A stretch of DNA of 64,000 bases from Epiperipatus broadwayi (GCA_028023455.1 JAQFVV010000006.1:15066001-15130000); one strand, 5' to 3'; positions 40,761 through 53,545 are shown, counted from the first letter of the stretch. Notes: generated by a model not told the origin, from the letters alone. A program made the numbers and translations.

Positions 40761-40938
40761 AAATAACCATATACATAAAAAATGAATTAAAATAAGTAAG
40801 AAAAAAGATATTTAATAATTAAAAATTATAAATGTGTCACTTGAAGTGTGCAATATTTTTTTTAAATGTTTAAAATTTATATACATTTCAACATATTAGC
40901 ATTTATGTAAATTTAAATGTAATTTTTTTATTAACTAG

Positions 40939-41478
40939 GCTTGATTCAATCCGAAGGCGAACTCTGGCGAGAGCAGCGTAAATTTGCCTTAGAACGTCTG
41001 AGACAATTTGGATCATGCAATTTTGGTGAAGGACGAGCCCTACTCAGCTCCCATATTAAAACTGAAATTGAATTATTATTGGATAGAATACTGGAGTTTA
41101 AAGGAAAACCTTTCCATATTCGTAAACTTCTAGGATACACGGTAGGAAATATTATCTGCTCTGTCACAATAGGCAAAAGGTTTGATTGCGATGATAAACA
41201 CTTTAAACGGCATATGGAGTTGATGGAAGAAGGTTTCCGATTATTAAGTATAGCACTGCCTGTAATCTACTTACCATTTTTAAAATATATTCCCAAAATG
41301 GGATATGTTTTTAAAAAAATTTACAACAATCATAAAGAAACAACCAAATATTTTAAAGAAATTGTTGAAGAGCATAAGACGACATTGCAGAAGAATCAAA
41401 TAAAAGACTTTGTCGATGCTTACCTGGTTGAAATGGAAAAGAAAAACGATGATACAAAAACCAAGTCATACTTTTCCG
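40939..41478 (+). CDS. Cyp18a1: CYP18A1-like P450: exon 2
   Basis: Acceptor ttaactAG|GC restores G-LIQSEGELWREQRKF (C-helix WxxxR); donor G|GTAAGT; joins exon 3 as ...SYFS-D-TQLIQ. Confidence 0.96.
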
Positions 41479-42149
41479 GTAAGTTAGTATTATGTATAAT
41501 ATATATTTTTGTCTTAGGATAGTGTGTTTTTATGAATAAATGTTAAGTAATGTGCTAGATACAGTTTTATTTATTCTGTGATGTGTCTTGATAGATTCTG
41601 ACTGGATGTATGATCAAAGAACATGATGATTCTTATTGATAGGGGGACATTGCAAAACTATCATTGCTTATATTATACTTCTATAGTCAGGTGAAATAAA
41701 CATCCGTGATTTTCATTAGGGGTCTTCCTATATTTATCATCATCAATGTCTTAATTTTTCTAGGCAAATAGAAATTTATAAATTTCTTTTAAAACTATAT
41801 TATTGTTTCAGTGAGCGTTTTCTTTTTTATGTTTTTTTTTTTTTGCATATATTCAGTCTATCTACGTTACATTCTTTTTGATATCCTTTGAGATTTAACG
41901 TAATGGTAAAATAATGGACAGAAGAGCTAAAGGTGTTTGTATTCTTAGAGGAATAAAATTAATTCAGTTTGGCCAATTGAAGAAAATAGTTGTCAGCAAT
42001 ATATTATTTGGTTATTTCAATTTTGTATAACTTTCCAAGCATGTGACTACAATATACGATTGTTTTATTTTCCTACAGTGTAGTCATTAATCTAAAATGA
42101 CCTTAATTTTTTTTGTTTTTTTACTTAGTACGTTATATTTACATTTTTT

Positions 42150-42245
42150 TTTTCATGTCAAATGCGTTAACCGGGAAGCGAACCCGGGCCAGGTTAGCTG
42201 CTTGGAAGGCAGCTATGCTAACCACTAGGCCACCAACGCTCGACT
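42150..42245 (-). mobile_element. tRNA-Gly(TCC)-derived SINE closest to its parent tRNA
   Basis: GCGTTGGTGGCCTAGTGGTTAGCATAGCTGCCTTCCAAGCAGC...CCGGGTTCGCTTCCCGGTTAACGCA (42239-42163). Intact anticodon arm (TCC at 42206-42204), but a 5-nt variable-arm insertion, TTCGCTT T-loop and the SINE tail GACATGAAAAAAAA. Confidence 0.8.
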
Positions 42246-43187
42246 ATTTACACATTCTTATATTCATTATAACTGTTTTTAAGTCAGGACTTACAATCGG
42301 TCCTTTCCCCCCCTATTACACATAGAAATTAAAAATATAATTTCTCATGGTTCCATTAATGCGATTGTTGCTTCAACTTGCCAATATTAATCTTTGTGTT
42401 CCACGGCTTGATGAAAAGATCACATAGCATCACAGGTGGTTTTGGCAATCAGGTTTTTTTCCACCGGTGATTTTGAAGCTTTGCGACCCCAAGACTAAAT
42501 TTCATTGTGACCTTGCAGCTGTTACAATATTTTTTAGACGTAAGCATTAAAAGATTCCGGAAGTTCTCCCTATGAAAGCTTGGGCTTATATAAACAATTC
42601 TTAACATATATAAAATCAATAAATGTAATCAGAGTTAGCACAATCTCCTTTGTGGTATATTTTCATCTTGTAAGAACATCCTTTGAATACATTAACAAGA
42701 CTGTTCACAAATCCAAAAATTCCTCACTGATGAAAGGCAGTGCTGAGTAAGGGTTTATTGTGCACTAATATTTAGTATCTATTAATTACTAAAGCTTCCA
42801 CAAGGTGGTATAAAAGAGATGAGATTGGATGAAATTTCTGAACATTTTTTATGATATACTGTGATGTTGATTATTTTAATTTGTTAAAGAATATTTTCAC
42901 GATGAGAACTCTAAGGGGAAAATTGATGTAAAATTCATTTATGCCTGCAGTTGGGAGTGGATCACTTACATAAGGTAAGGTCTGTCTGTGCAACATTAAA
43001 AACAGAGGATAATTTAAATAAACTAATACCAATCTCTTTGGTCAGATAGAAGATTATTGGATATTTGGTTTTGTTGTATATAATACATCAAGCACCGAGG
43101 CGTGGAAAGATTAAAACTTTTTATGGCAGTAATTTTGTTTGTATATTAATGAAGCCAGCTTACAATTTTAAATATTAATTTAGATGA

Positions 43188-43500
43188 GATTCTAAGGATC
43201 TTAATGAGAAATGAGATTCTAATGATATTAATGAGCAATGAGATTCTAATGATCTTAATGAGAAATGAGGTTCTAATGATATTAATGAGCTATGAGATTC
43301 TAATGATCTTAATGAGCAATGAGATTCTAATGATATTAATGAGCTATGAGATTCAAATGATCTTAATGAGCAATGAGATTCTAATGATTGTAATGAGCTA
43401 TGAGATTCTAATGATCTTAATGAGCAATGAGATTCTAATGATATTAATGAGCTATGAGATTCTAATGATCTTAATGAGCAATGAGATTCTAATGATCTAT
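43188..43500. repeat. 27-bp minisatellite (about 11.5 units) with 54-bp higher-order alternation
   Basis: ATGAGATTCTAATGAT(C/A)TTAATGAG(CA/CT/AA); explains ORF 43204-43512; bracketed by inverted repeats at about 43125-43197 and 43700-43775. Confidence 0.95.
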
Positions 43501-44324
43501 ATTAGCATTTAAATAATTTTACAGCTTATCAAATACATAATGCTAAGAATATAAACTTATCCAAGAAACAAAGAGTCCGAATATGTTACTAAAATAGTTC
43601 ACAAACTAGATTCTCAATGAATCATTTAAATTAACTTGTTTGTTCTAAGAATATGTTTAACCACTTAATGTTACATATTTAATAAGCCATTTGAAAATCA
43701 TTAGAATTTTATCTAAATTAATATTTGAAACTGTAAGCTGGCTTCATTAATATAAAAACAAAATCACCGCTAATGACAAAACTGAAGATTAGATAAAAGA
43801 GATCATCTTTTACCCGATAAAATAGATTAGTTTTAATGTAACAAAAAGATGGGTCTTATTTACAAGTTCATTTAAACAATTTTTGGGGAAATTTAGCTCA
43901 TGAATTATTTTAATAACATATTCAGATTTGTTTGTTTTGTGAATAACTAATATACGAAGAATGTATAGAGGAAAGCTTTTATAAAATACGTTTTCAAACA
44001 GTATATGCTTAGCCGGCTTTTATAGTTTATGAAAGCTTTTCTCTGTACATTCTTCATATATCTATAATTACATTTTAGTCTGAGTTAAGGCTTATAATTT
44101 TATAGTTCTATTACACATTTGCTAAATTGCAGAACTATTTATGTGCTTATTAAAAATCATTATAAGAAAAAAAAAGATCTTTGTTTAATCACTTGAATTC
44201 ATTCGATTATTCAGATGGTCACATGATTAACAATTTCCTATGCTTACTTTGACTTAGATTTGATGGCACTACTGTATGTAGTTTTACCTCTATTTGGGTG
44301 ATTCTAATACCACACAATTTCTGT

Positions 44325-44620
44325 TAAAATAGGTAAAACTCTCTCCATACAGTAGTGCCACTGAAAGCAAGACAGAGTAATCAATGGATGCCAAAAGGCT
44401 TGTGCATAAAATCCCTATCTAATGCCTACTCATCCAATATCCTCAAACTAGTTTCTGGCTTGTGTAGGCACTAGATAGGAATTTTATGTTCAAGCCTTCT
44501 GACATCCATTGATTACTCTGTCTTGCTTTGAGTGGAACTACTGTATGGAGAGAGCTTTGCTTATTTTAACAACAGTTATGAGCAAGCATGGGAGATAGTG
44601 ATCATGTGATGTTTAAAGGT
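44325..44620. mobile_element. Family A fold-back pair truncated within hammerhead loop II
   Basis: 44335-44463 is inverted against 44464-44570; only the GAAAC-TA-GT half of the motif is present. Confidence 0.85.
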
Positions 44621-44769
44621 TTAATCACACAACATCCTAAGCAACTGATCATATAATTATTTTTTGTAACTAACCTCATTCGCACTTTGGAATTTTAGAA
44701 TTTATTGACATCCTGAAGCTGGAGAGTAAGTAGTGTAATATGCTTTGAGGGTCAGTTAGAAATGATGAG

Positions 44770-47700
44770 GTCATAATGTGATGTATTTGTGACTTCTCCT
44801 TATATGGAGTCAGGAATCTGTCAGCAACTGTGCCCAGAGAAAGCTGCTAGCCACTTACCTTTTCATTCCCCAGCCTAAATTTTCCCATATTCTTTTCTAT
44901 CCTGCTCCATCCCATTTTCACAACAAAATCTTTGTCAACTCCATGGCTTTTATATCTAAATCCCCCTTATCTTTTCCCAACCCCAGCATAAAAACCAATA
45001 AGCCATTTTCTGTATAATCACTTTGTTTATATTTATTTTACCCAACTTCATTATTTGTACCCTTTCTGTTTTCAGGAATTTACATTCAATTAACAGATGC
45101 CTTCCTTACATAATTTGCAGACTAAATCACTCATATTTTTCCATTCTTGTGTATATTCTCTTGTTGCTAAAGATCCCATTCGAGCCTTAAACAATAAACT
45201 ACTTTTCTTGCTATTATCATAAATTAACTCGCACCCAATGTTCCGTTTACTTCCGTATATATTTAAACTCTTTTTACTCTTCATAATAGTTCTTCATTTC
45301 TCCAGTTCCCTATTCTTTATTAATACATCTATTTTTTTTATCCCATTCCTTACCACTGTAACACTCAATAATCCTCCTAACACAATCATACCATCTTTTG
45401 TACAAATATACTGATATAAATTCTTTATCCAAATTTTCTGCATACCATACCACCTTTTTCACCCATCTTATTGCCTGCCCTTTTCTCATAACCCAATTAA
45501 ATACTATTTTGACTATTCTCTTATTATCCATAAACTGCAATCTAGCAAACATTTTCATTTTTCTTTTTGCATCTCTCATATAAAAACTTGACCATCTCAT
45601 TTCTACTTGAATTGCCTCCTTTGCCACTCACACATCTGCATCTAATGCATGTCTTCCTATTTTTCTTTGCACTTTTTCTAAGTAATATAACATCCCCTTA
45701 CTTACATATAACACATCATTACCATATGTTAACCCTACTCCTGCCACTCCCTTCCTTATAATTCTAGCTACATCATATTTATTATATGAAAACAGTGTTA
45801 ATTTCTTCATCAGTCTCTTTCTTTTCTTTGCTTCATTAATCAATTTTTTTCTCCCATTCATTCAAGAAATTTCTCTAATTACTTAAGATGATTCCCAAAT
45901 AACTATATCTATTCACCACACAACTTTATATCCCCCAATAAAAATTATTTGTCTTCTCTCTCCCCAGTATTAATCATCATTGATTTTGATTTTTCTTCAC
46001 TAAATTTAATTCCCATCTCTTTATCCACCTTCGCGTAGGTCCTCAGCATAACTTCCATATCTTCCCTTCTTTCTGCCTACAAAAAAACATCATCTGCAAA
46101 TAAAAGACCCGACAATGTATATACTCTCTTGCCACCTATTAATGGTATATCTACCCCTCTTTCTAGTCTTTCTATAGCTTTCTCCATTTCTTTCAAATAT
46201 AACAAAAACAAAATAAGTGACATAGGGCATCCTTGCCTTAGACCCACCCTATTTTTAATTTTAACTGATTCTATATTCCCTAATTGATACATATAATAAT
46301 TATTTTCACATAATTTCTTAATAATATCCACTAAAGCTCCATCCATTCCCAAATTTCCTAAACTTACCAAATCTATTTCTATTTACTCTATCATATACCT
46401 TCTCTTTATTTATAAAAACCATATATAACTGTCTATTTGTACTCATGTAACTACAAATAAACTATCTCCTATATGCATATCTGATCAAAAACCTCCTTGC
46501 ATTTTTCCCACTATATTATTTTCTTCCATTCCTTTTGCAATCCTTCCAGCCATCCATATATGAGAAAACTTTATATAGCACTGATGTTACAACTATCAGT
46601 CTATAATTGTTTAAATTTCTGTGATCCTTATTCTTCCCTTTAAATAATAGCCTTACTCTTGTATTATTCAAACTACCCGGAAAATCTCTCTTCTGTGCCA
46701 TCATATTAAAACATAAGTTTTAATATTGCTCTATGCCCTAAATTCATTACCATCTCTGCTGCCCATCCATCCAAACCTCTTGCCTTTCCACTTTTCAATT
46801 TTTTACCTGCCTCATTCAGTTCATTTTATGTAAATTGTATACTATATGCTCTCATGTTTGCTATCACTCTCCCCTTCACATCTAACATTTTTCTATATCC
46901 ATTACATAATACTATTTACCTCTTCCCTACATTCCTTCTTTTAATGCATTTCCAAAATTTTTTACTCCCATCTCTTCCACTTTTATTAATATTTCCCAAC
47001 AGTTTACTATTCAATTTCATTCTCTTTCTATAATTATCTATTTATCTAACCAAGTACTTTTACTATTTAGCATTAACATCTTTTTCACTGTCTTTGTTCT
47101 TAATAGCACATTTATATTCTCTGCATGCTTTCCCCCTCTCTTTTACACTTTTACTAACTCTCATTTTCCCATTATTTTTATTCTTCTGAATATTCTCACC
47201 TAAAATCCTATTTACCACTTTTTCTATTTCATCACACCAGTCCTTATACTCACCCCCAACCAACTCTTCAATGAATTCTTTAACTTTTATTTTATACTCT
47301 TCTAACTTATTTTCATTATTCACTCTCTATCTACATCTTTCACTATCCTTTCTACTTTTATTACCATTTTTCATCACATTACTAACCATTTCTATTATAA
47401 AGTAGTTATGATCACTATTGTATATTCTCTCTTCATTATCAAACACCTTAATTTTCTGTACTTTATTTATTCCATCTTTCTCTACTAATACATAATCTAT
47501 TGTGTGAAATATATTTTAATAAGAAAATCCCACACATCCACAAACATGACATCATTTCTCTTATACAATTTTTTCAATCTCTCATTCATAGAACATGCCC
47601 TATCTAACATTAACCTCTTGCCAAATCTTGGTAATAATCCAACTATTCCTACCTTCCTTTAATCTTACTCAAATTCCTAATCAATTCTATGTACTCATCC

Positions 47701-48750
47701 ATTACTCTCTCTGATGGTTTTGACAAATTATTAGTCCCTACCATAACATACACATCTCTGCTTCCTTGATTCTTTACTTTATCTGTAACATCCCTAATTC
47801 TAGCTCCAGGCAAACATCCTCTTACATACCTGTTTATGTCTTTCTTTGCAATTATATCTCCACATTCTCTAATTAATGAATCTTCTATCAATACTGTCTC
47901 ATAGTCTACTTTCTCTGCTTCATTCATAACCTTCTCTACCACCTTCTGGACTTCCTTATCTACTTCTTCCTTATCATTACTACTCAGTAATTCCTTCATC
48001 TGCTCACACTTCGTCTCTAACAATTTTAATTTTACTTGTACATCCTTTACCTCTCCCTCTATCTTACTTATTCTTTGGCTAACCATCTTCATTTTACTAC
48101 TAATTTTTCTACCCATATCTCTTGTCACTCCACTATCTTCCTCAATTACATTTTGCTCCATTTCTCTTGACTTTCTCCTTAAACTACCTATACCAGCTGT
48201 CCCCAATCTTTTTTGCACTTAAGAGCACATTCTATAATACTGGCCAGGTGGCGGGCACCATTTATTTTTCAATGTAAATATATAGTTGGATATTGTTAAT
48301 AATAGACTTTTTTATGCTGTAAAAATATAGTATGTCCTACAATTTGATTAGAATATAATACAATAATTTATAAGAAATCTTAAAAATTAAATTTATTTGT
48401 ATTAGATAAATAATTTTTTATCGTGTTCGGATAGCAGCAGGCACACGAAAAACAGTCTGCGGGCGCCATGGTGCCCACGGGCATAGGGTTGGGGACCCCT
48501 GACCTATACTGTACTTAGAAAACCACTTTCTACCTCTTTTATCACATTTACATACTGTCTCCATAACCATAAACCTGTTACATCCTTCCAACTTTTATTT
48601 AAACATTTCAAATGATAAATCTCATCACATACAGTACACTCTACCACAGCACACCTAATTCTTTCTGAACATTATATATGCATTGTGGAATACAAATGCA
48701 ATCCACATTCCTTATTTTCCAAGTTACCTAGTAGGAATCTGTTGACAGTA
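44770..48750 (-). mobile_element. Near full-length decayed non-LTR retrotransposon: ORF1 (PHD finger, coiled coil, SGNH esterase) and ORF2 (RT, C-terminal Cys/His motif), antisense to the P450
   Basis: PHD remnant VECTVCDEIYHLKC (about 48560-48660); esterase blocks LIEDSLIRE / CLPGARIRDV / VMVGTNNL (47649-47900); RT GLRQGCPMS and LFADDV (46077-46370); CKLCKEG...H...C (about 45050-45120); many frameshifts. Confidence 0.9.
48194..48501. mobile_element. hAT-type (Charlie-like) MITE, 308 bp, inserted in the LINE ORF1
   Basis: TIRs CAGCTGTCCCCAA / CAGGGGTCCCCAA; 8-bp TSD ACCTATAC at 48186-48193 and 48502-48509. Confidence 0.9.
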
Positions 48751-48949
48751 CCACCTAGTGTTGATAATTTCAACTTTACTTATTTTCCAGTACATGTTGT
48801 TACTATTTATTTATTTTTAAACTGGAAGAAAAAATATTTTTAATTTTTATATGAATTCCCTACTTTTGTTGAGCTTATTACTACTCCCTATTTTTATAAT
48901 CTTTTTTTTCTCCTCCCTTTCCATTTCAAAATTATTAGACACCTTATGT

Positions 48950-49250
48950 TTTTAATTTTCTTTCAATTCCCTGGATTTTTTTCTTTTTCAAGAATAATTA
49001 TGTAGTCAACAAACCTAAGGCATTGAATTTACTTTCCATCAATGTTTATATTTTTGCTTTCAAGAAAACATTCATTATTCATTTTCTTCAAGCACATATT
49101 AAATAATACAGGTGACAGCCAATGACCCTACTTTAGCCCTCTAGCCTACCTAATTCGATCTTATTAGTCAATCCAGAACTTGTTTTGAACTTTTTGACCC
49201 TATACAAATTCTTTATTAATGTCTTTTCTTACTAGTTAACTATTGTATAT
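48950..49250 (-). pseudogene. Second old LINE RT fragment
   Basis: RGLK*GHWLSPVLFNMCLKKI near 49085-49150 resembles the RT RGLKQGxxLSPxLFN motif. Confidence 0.45.
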
Positions 49251-49629
49251 ATTAGGGAAAAAAGAAAATATTGACCCTGAAAAAACTTTTTTTTTAAATA
49301 AATAGATAAGTAAAAATAATTTATTTACTTATTCATGAGATATTTCAGATAGTTTAACTTTCTGCTTATGCCCATGAACTAGGGTTTGAACCCATGCTGA
49401 TTAAATCTGTGGAGACCTCTGGTTTGCAGTGAGTTATTTAAAAATTGCTTTATCTCTACTTTTACAAAAATAAATAATTTTTATTATTATTGAGAAATAA
49501 ATATTTATAGAAATTGCAAATCATGAATAATCTAAATTCGTTAGCACTTCAAATGAATTATTGTTCGATCTATATTCCTTTTTATTAGCTCATAAATAAT
49601 TTATACTTTATCTTTCTTATAGCAATCCC

Positions 49630-50100
49630 AAATCCATATAATATTAATATTCTTTATATTCTTTATTACTTTTTACAATGCTTTTTACAATCCACTATTG
49701 ACGGTTTACTTGTATTAATATCATTTATATTCTTTATTACTTTTTACAATCCACTATTCATGGTTTTGATTGCTCCAGCAATCTTCTTCAGAACTCTACT
49801 TGTATTAATATCATTTATATTCTTTATTACTTTTTACAATGCTTTTTATAATCCACTATTGATGGTTTCGATTGCACCAGCAATCTTCTTCAAAACTTCT
49901 ATTTGTATTAATATCATTTATATTCTTTATTACTTTTTACAATCCACTATTCATGGTTTTGATTGCACCAGCAATCTTCTTCAGAAGTTTTACTAAGTTC
50001 TGAAGAAGATTGCTGGAGCAATCGAAACCATCAATAGTGGGTTGTAAAAAGCATTGTAAAAAGTAATAAAGAATATAAATGATATTAATATTAAATAATT
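49630..50100. mobile_element. Repeat family J: 91-102 bp tandem units (-) followed by an inverted unit (+); complete units carry a hammerhead
   Basis: ccactatt at 49692, 49751, 49853 and 49944; inversion point near 49990. Confidence 0.85.
49992..50038 (+). ncRNA. Hammerhead ribozyme motif, family J, core intact
   Basis: ACTAAGTT CTGAAGA A GATTGC-TGGA-GCAATC GAAAC CA TC AATAGT: perfect 6-bp stem II, CGAAA intact; predicted cleavage after C50032. A truncated unit at about 49700 reads AAACCGTC, suggesting an ancestral GUC site. Confidence 0.7.
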
Positions 50101-51713
50101 TATATGTAGGTTTCTTAACTCTAAATAGTCTCCTGCCAAAAGAACTTACTAAATAATAGTTTGGCATCACTTTTTATATAAAGCCTTATCAATAATTCCT
50201 TATAAGACAGTGTTGGATAATCAATAGTAAAATCCTTATTTACATATTTGAAAAATGCAAAATATGCCTAGCCTAATAAAAAATGTATCAGAAATATTTC
50301 CATTATGTGATAAATATTATTCACCATTTTTCAATTAACTGTACATTCTGCAAAAGTCAAGGCTTTAAAAGAAAAAATAGGATCTGGTAAACTAACATCA
50401 TTACTATTGGTATAAATATATCCCTAGTTAATGTGACATCATTGAGACAGTAGCACATGAATTCCATTGAGTGATTGTGCAATTTTGAAAAACAATGGCA
50501 AATTGCTGTTAATACTATAATATCTTCCATCTGCCTTGAAATAATCTCTAAAAAAGGGAAATTAGTTTTGATGTAATGTATATATTTTTTGGTTATTTGA
50601 GCTAAATAGCATATTACCATTAACTTTTCACATTAATGTATTTCTTATATAGAACAATATTTTTGATTATTTTAAGCTTTAAATGCATTTTTGATGCAAA
50701 ACGCTGCTTTCTTTAAAAAACAATTATTGTTATACTATACTGTAGCAAATAAGGTATCCAATTTTTTTTACAGAACATTATTATAATGTTTGTCTTGTGA
50801 AGAGAGCTTCGCACCAAAAATGCAATTGAGGTTTTAAGTAATCAAGATTTTTGTTAGTCCATGTAAGACACATTTGTATTAATGCGAGAAGTTATTACAG
50901 TTTAATCATAGAATTTATTTTTATTAAACAAATTCAGAAATGATTTCACCATCAGCATCATAAAATAAATATCAGTTCTCATTAGTTTAAAATTAGCTTA
51001 TTACAACATCATCAAAGATTGCTTGGCAAACTCTCTTATCATCAACTACTATTTACTATTTGCAAGTTGCACTTATTAATAAAAGTTATTTTGACATATA
51101 TTTCTGACAAATTTTTGTTATTATTAGAATTAAAGTTCTCAGATCGATTCAAACTCTGACACTTTGGATGCTCAAACTTCTAAGTCTTTTGATTATTTTT
51201 TTTATTAGGATTAATTTTAACAATATTAAATCTTAATGAGTATATTTTTATTTTGTTATATATATATAATTGCAAGGCAATCAAGTTATATATCACATGA
51301 GTTAATTTCAGATTTTCTACTTAATAGTTAAGCATTAGATAAAGTGCTGCCTTACTGACAAAAGCCAGAGCTAGAAACCAGTCTGAAGATAGGGATATTC
51401 TGAAAAGCTTTGTTAACAGCTATTGGCACACTCATTATATAACACATATATATGAAAAACACTGTAACAGAGGACAAAACAAATTAAATGACTTGAGTAT
51501 ACTTTCGATGTGTAACCTGGAAGCACAAGTCCAACTGCATTATTAAGATAATTCATCCTAAAGAATCATTTAAATGAACTTGCAGATACAATGACACTTT
51601 TTGTTTCTATATCAATGATAATCTATTTTGTCAGGTAAAATATGCAAATTTATTTAATAATACTAAGCTTGCATTTTAAACACAATTGATGGAGCTATAC
51701 ATAACAATTGATA

Positions 51714-51756
51714 AGCTAAGCGCTTTCGGGTATTCTATGTTCCCATGTTCATAGCT
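51714..51756 (-). ncRNA. Decayed Penelope-type hammerhead relic (singleton)
   Basis: AGCT aTGAAcA T GGG-AACATAGAATA-CCC GAAA GCGC TT AGCT: stems I and II and palindromic stem III (AGCGCT) intact; two core substitutions. Confidence 0.5.
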
Positions 51757-52039
51757 CTTTTCACTAGTAGTTAGTGAATGCCACAGTAATGTATGCAAAT
51801 TTATTCAATAATGTTTAAATTGACCACTTTTTAGAGATAGTAAAGCAGGCATCTCTTCAGTTGATTGCTTTGAGATCATCTGCGATAAAACAAGTCTCCT
51901 TAATTTTTGCATTTCACATCATATCTCAGTTGAAATCAGTTGGAAGATGTGACCAGTGACTCTTTCATGCTTTACAAATATGACTTAAAGTCCATTGTGG
52001 TTATTCTGACTATGCCTGTCACTAATAAATCAATACTAG

Positions 52040-53010
52040 TATATTGAGCTTTAAGTTGTAATTAAAGGGGATTTGAACCCAGATTTTTAAACTTTCTTTA
52101 GTTATCCTCTCCATCTTATATAACCAACACACATGACCACATGCATGTGAATAAGATAAATGATCTCCAATATATGTGTTTCATGCTGAACCAGCATTCA
52201 TTGTCCAGATCATCATCTCCCACATACACACATATATACTCAGTTTATATTAAGATAGCAAATCTTCAAACCTTAATGGACAAACTTCAATCTTCTCCAC
52301 CCTCCAATTCTTCAGCCATCCATACTATTGAAAATCTGATGATGAAATGCCCAAACCCTTATTGATACCAATGTCATATCCATGTTGATCTTAATTCACT
52401 CTGACCCCTCTATATATGACCTTAATATGTCCATTTAAATATACAAAGGATGGGCAGAATTCAAGCTGACTCTGTAATAAATCAATACTAGTATATTGTA
52501 AATACTGAACATATTAATGTCATATATCTGAGGGATCAGAGGACTTAAGGTCAACATAGATATGACAATAATATTGGTATCAATAAGGGTTGGGCATTCC
52601 ATTATCAGATTTTCATCCCTTTGAGTATTTAAATGGATAATTAAGGTCATATATAAGGGATCAGAGTGAGTTAAGGTCAATGGGTATGACAACAGTATTG
52701 CCACCAACAAGGGCTTGAGCATTCATTCCATCATCAGATTTTCAAAGGTATGGATGGCTGAAGAGTTAAAGTGGAGAAGATTGAAGTCTGTCCATTAAAG
52801 TTTGAAGATTTGCTATGTTAATATAAACTGAACATTGATTGTGTATATGTGTGAGGTTGATGATCTGGACCAACTGATGAGTGATGGCTCAGCCCGAAAT
52901 AGTCTATTGGAGATCATTTATCTTATTCACATGTGTATAGTCATGTGTATTGGTTGTATAAGATGGAGAAGATAGCCGAAGAAAGTTTAAAGTCTGGGTT
53001 CAAACCCCTT
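52040..53010. mobile_element. Family E inverted and partial-tandem cluster
   Basis: 52040-52480 (-) and 52480-53010 (+); hammerhead remnants at 52167-52205 (-, GAAAC kept) and 52870-52910 (+, CTGATGA and CGAAAT kept). Confidence 0.8.
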
Positions 53011-53309
53011 TAATTAATTTATTACTTGTACTGAGTTGTTTAAATGCTCTTTACCTTCCATCTGTATTTTAAAAATTTTAACTACTTTTATTTAAATCAA
53101 TTTTATTTATTATTTGTCTTTTCATGATGCATTTTAAAATATTCTTAAAAAAACTTTTCAAATTAAAAAAAAAATGCAAATATCTTATTTGCATGTATAT
53201 AATTATAGTCCTTGGGGTTAAATCATGCCTTGGCGCTATTTTTTAAACAAAAATGATTGGGAGAGGGGAGTATTAATTTAAAGACACTCTCGAAAGATTT
53301 CCAAATCTT

Positions 53310-53545
53310 GTGATGTTATTTGATACACTGTGACTTCTCCTTAAACTGGAGTCAGAAATCTCTCAACAACTATGCCCAGAGAAACCTGTTAGCCACTTTA
53401 CTTTCCCTTTTCATTCCCCCACTTTAAGTTTTCCCATAATCTGCTCCATCCCATTTCCACAACATAATCTTTTTTAACTCGATGACCTTTATATCTAAAT
53501 CCACCTTATCTTTCCCCAAACCCAGCATAAAAACCAATAAAATAA
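53310..53545 (-). mobile_element. 3' end of the LINE family seen at 44770-48750
   Basis: Matches 16420-16620 and 44785-45000. Confidence 0.85.

Noticed and set aside
42163-42239. Functional tRNA-Gly(TCC) gene
   Set aside because: Variable-arm insertion, non-canonical T-loop (TTCGCTT), weak D-stem, and the same tail as the SINE family.
43204-43512. 102-aa repetitive ORF (NEILMILMS)n
   Set aside because: A by-product of the 27-bp minisatellite; no splice signals or domain support.
48194-48218. N-terminus MQKRLGTAG of ORF 47649-48218
   Set aside because: It comes from the inserted hAT MITE end, not from the LINE ORF1.
51492-51532. Additional hammerhead relics at 51492-51532 (-), 53255-53308 (+), 15640-15665 (-) and 43965-44020 (-)
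   Set aside because: Some stems and GAAA fit (e.g. AGTATACT palindrome with GACTT/AAGTC), but the CUGANGA core is absent or stem II does not pair; too degenerate to call.
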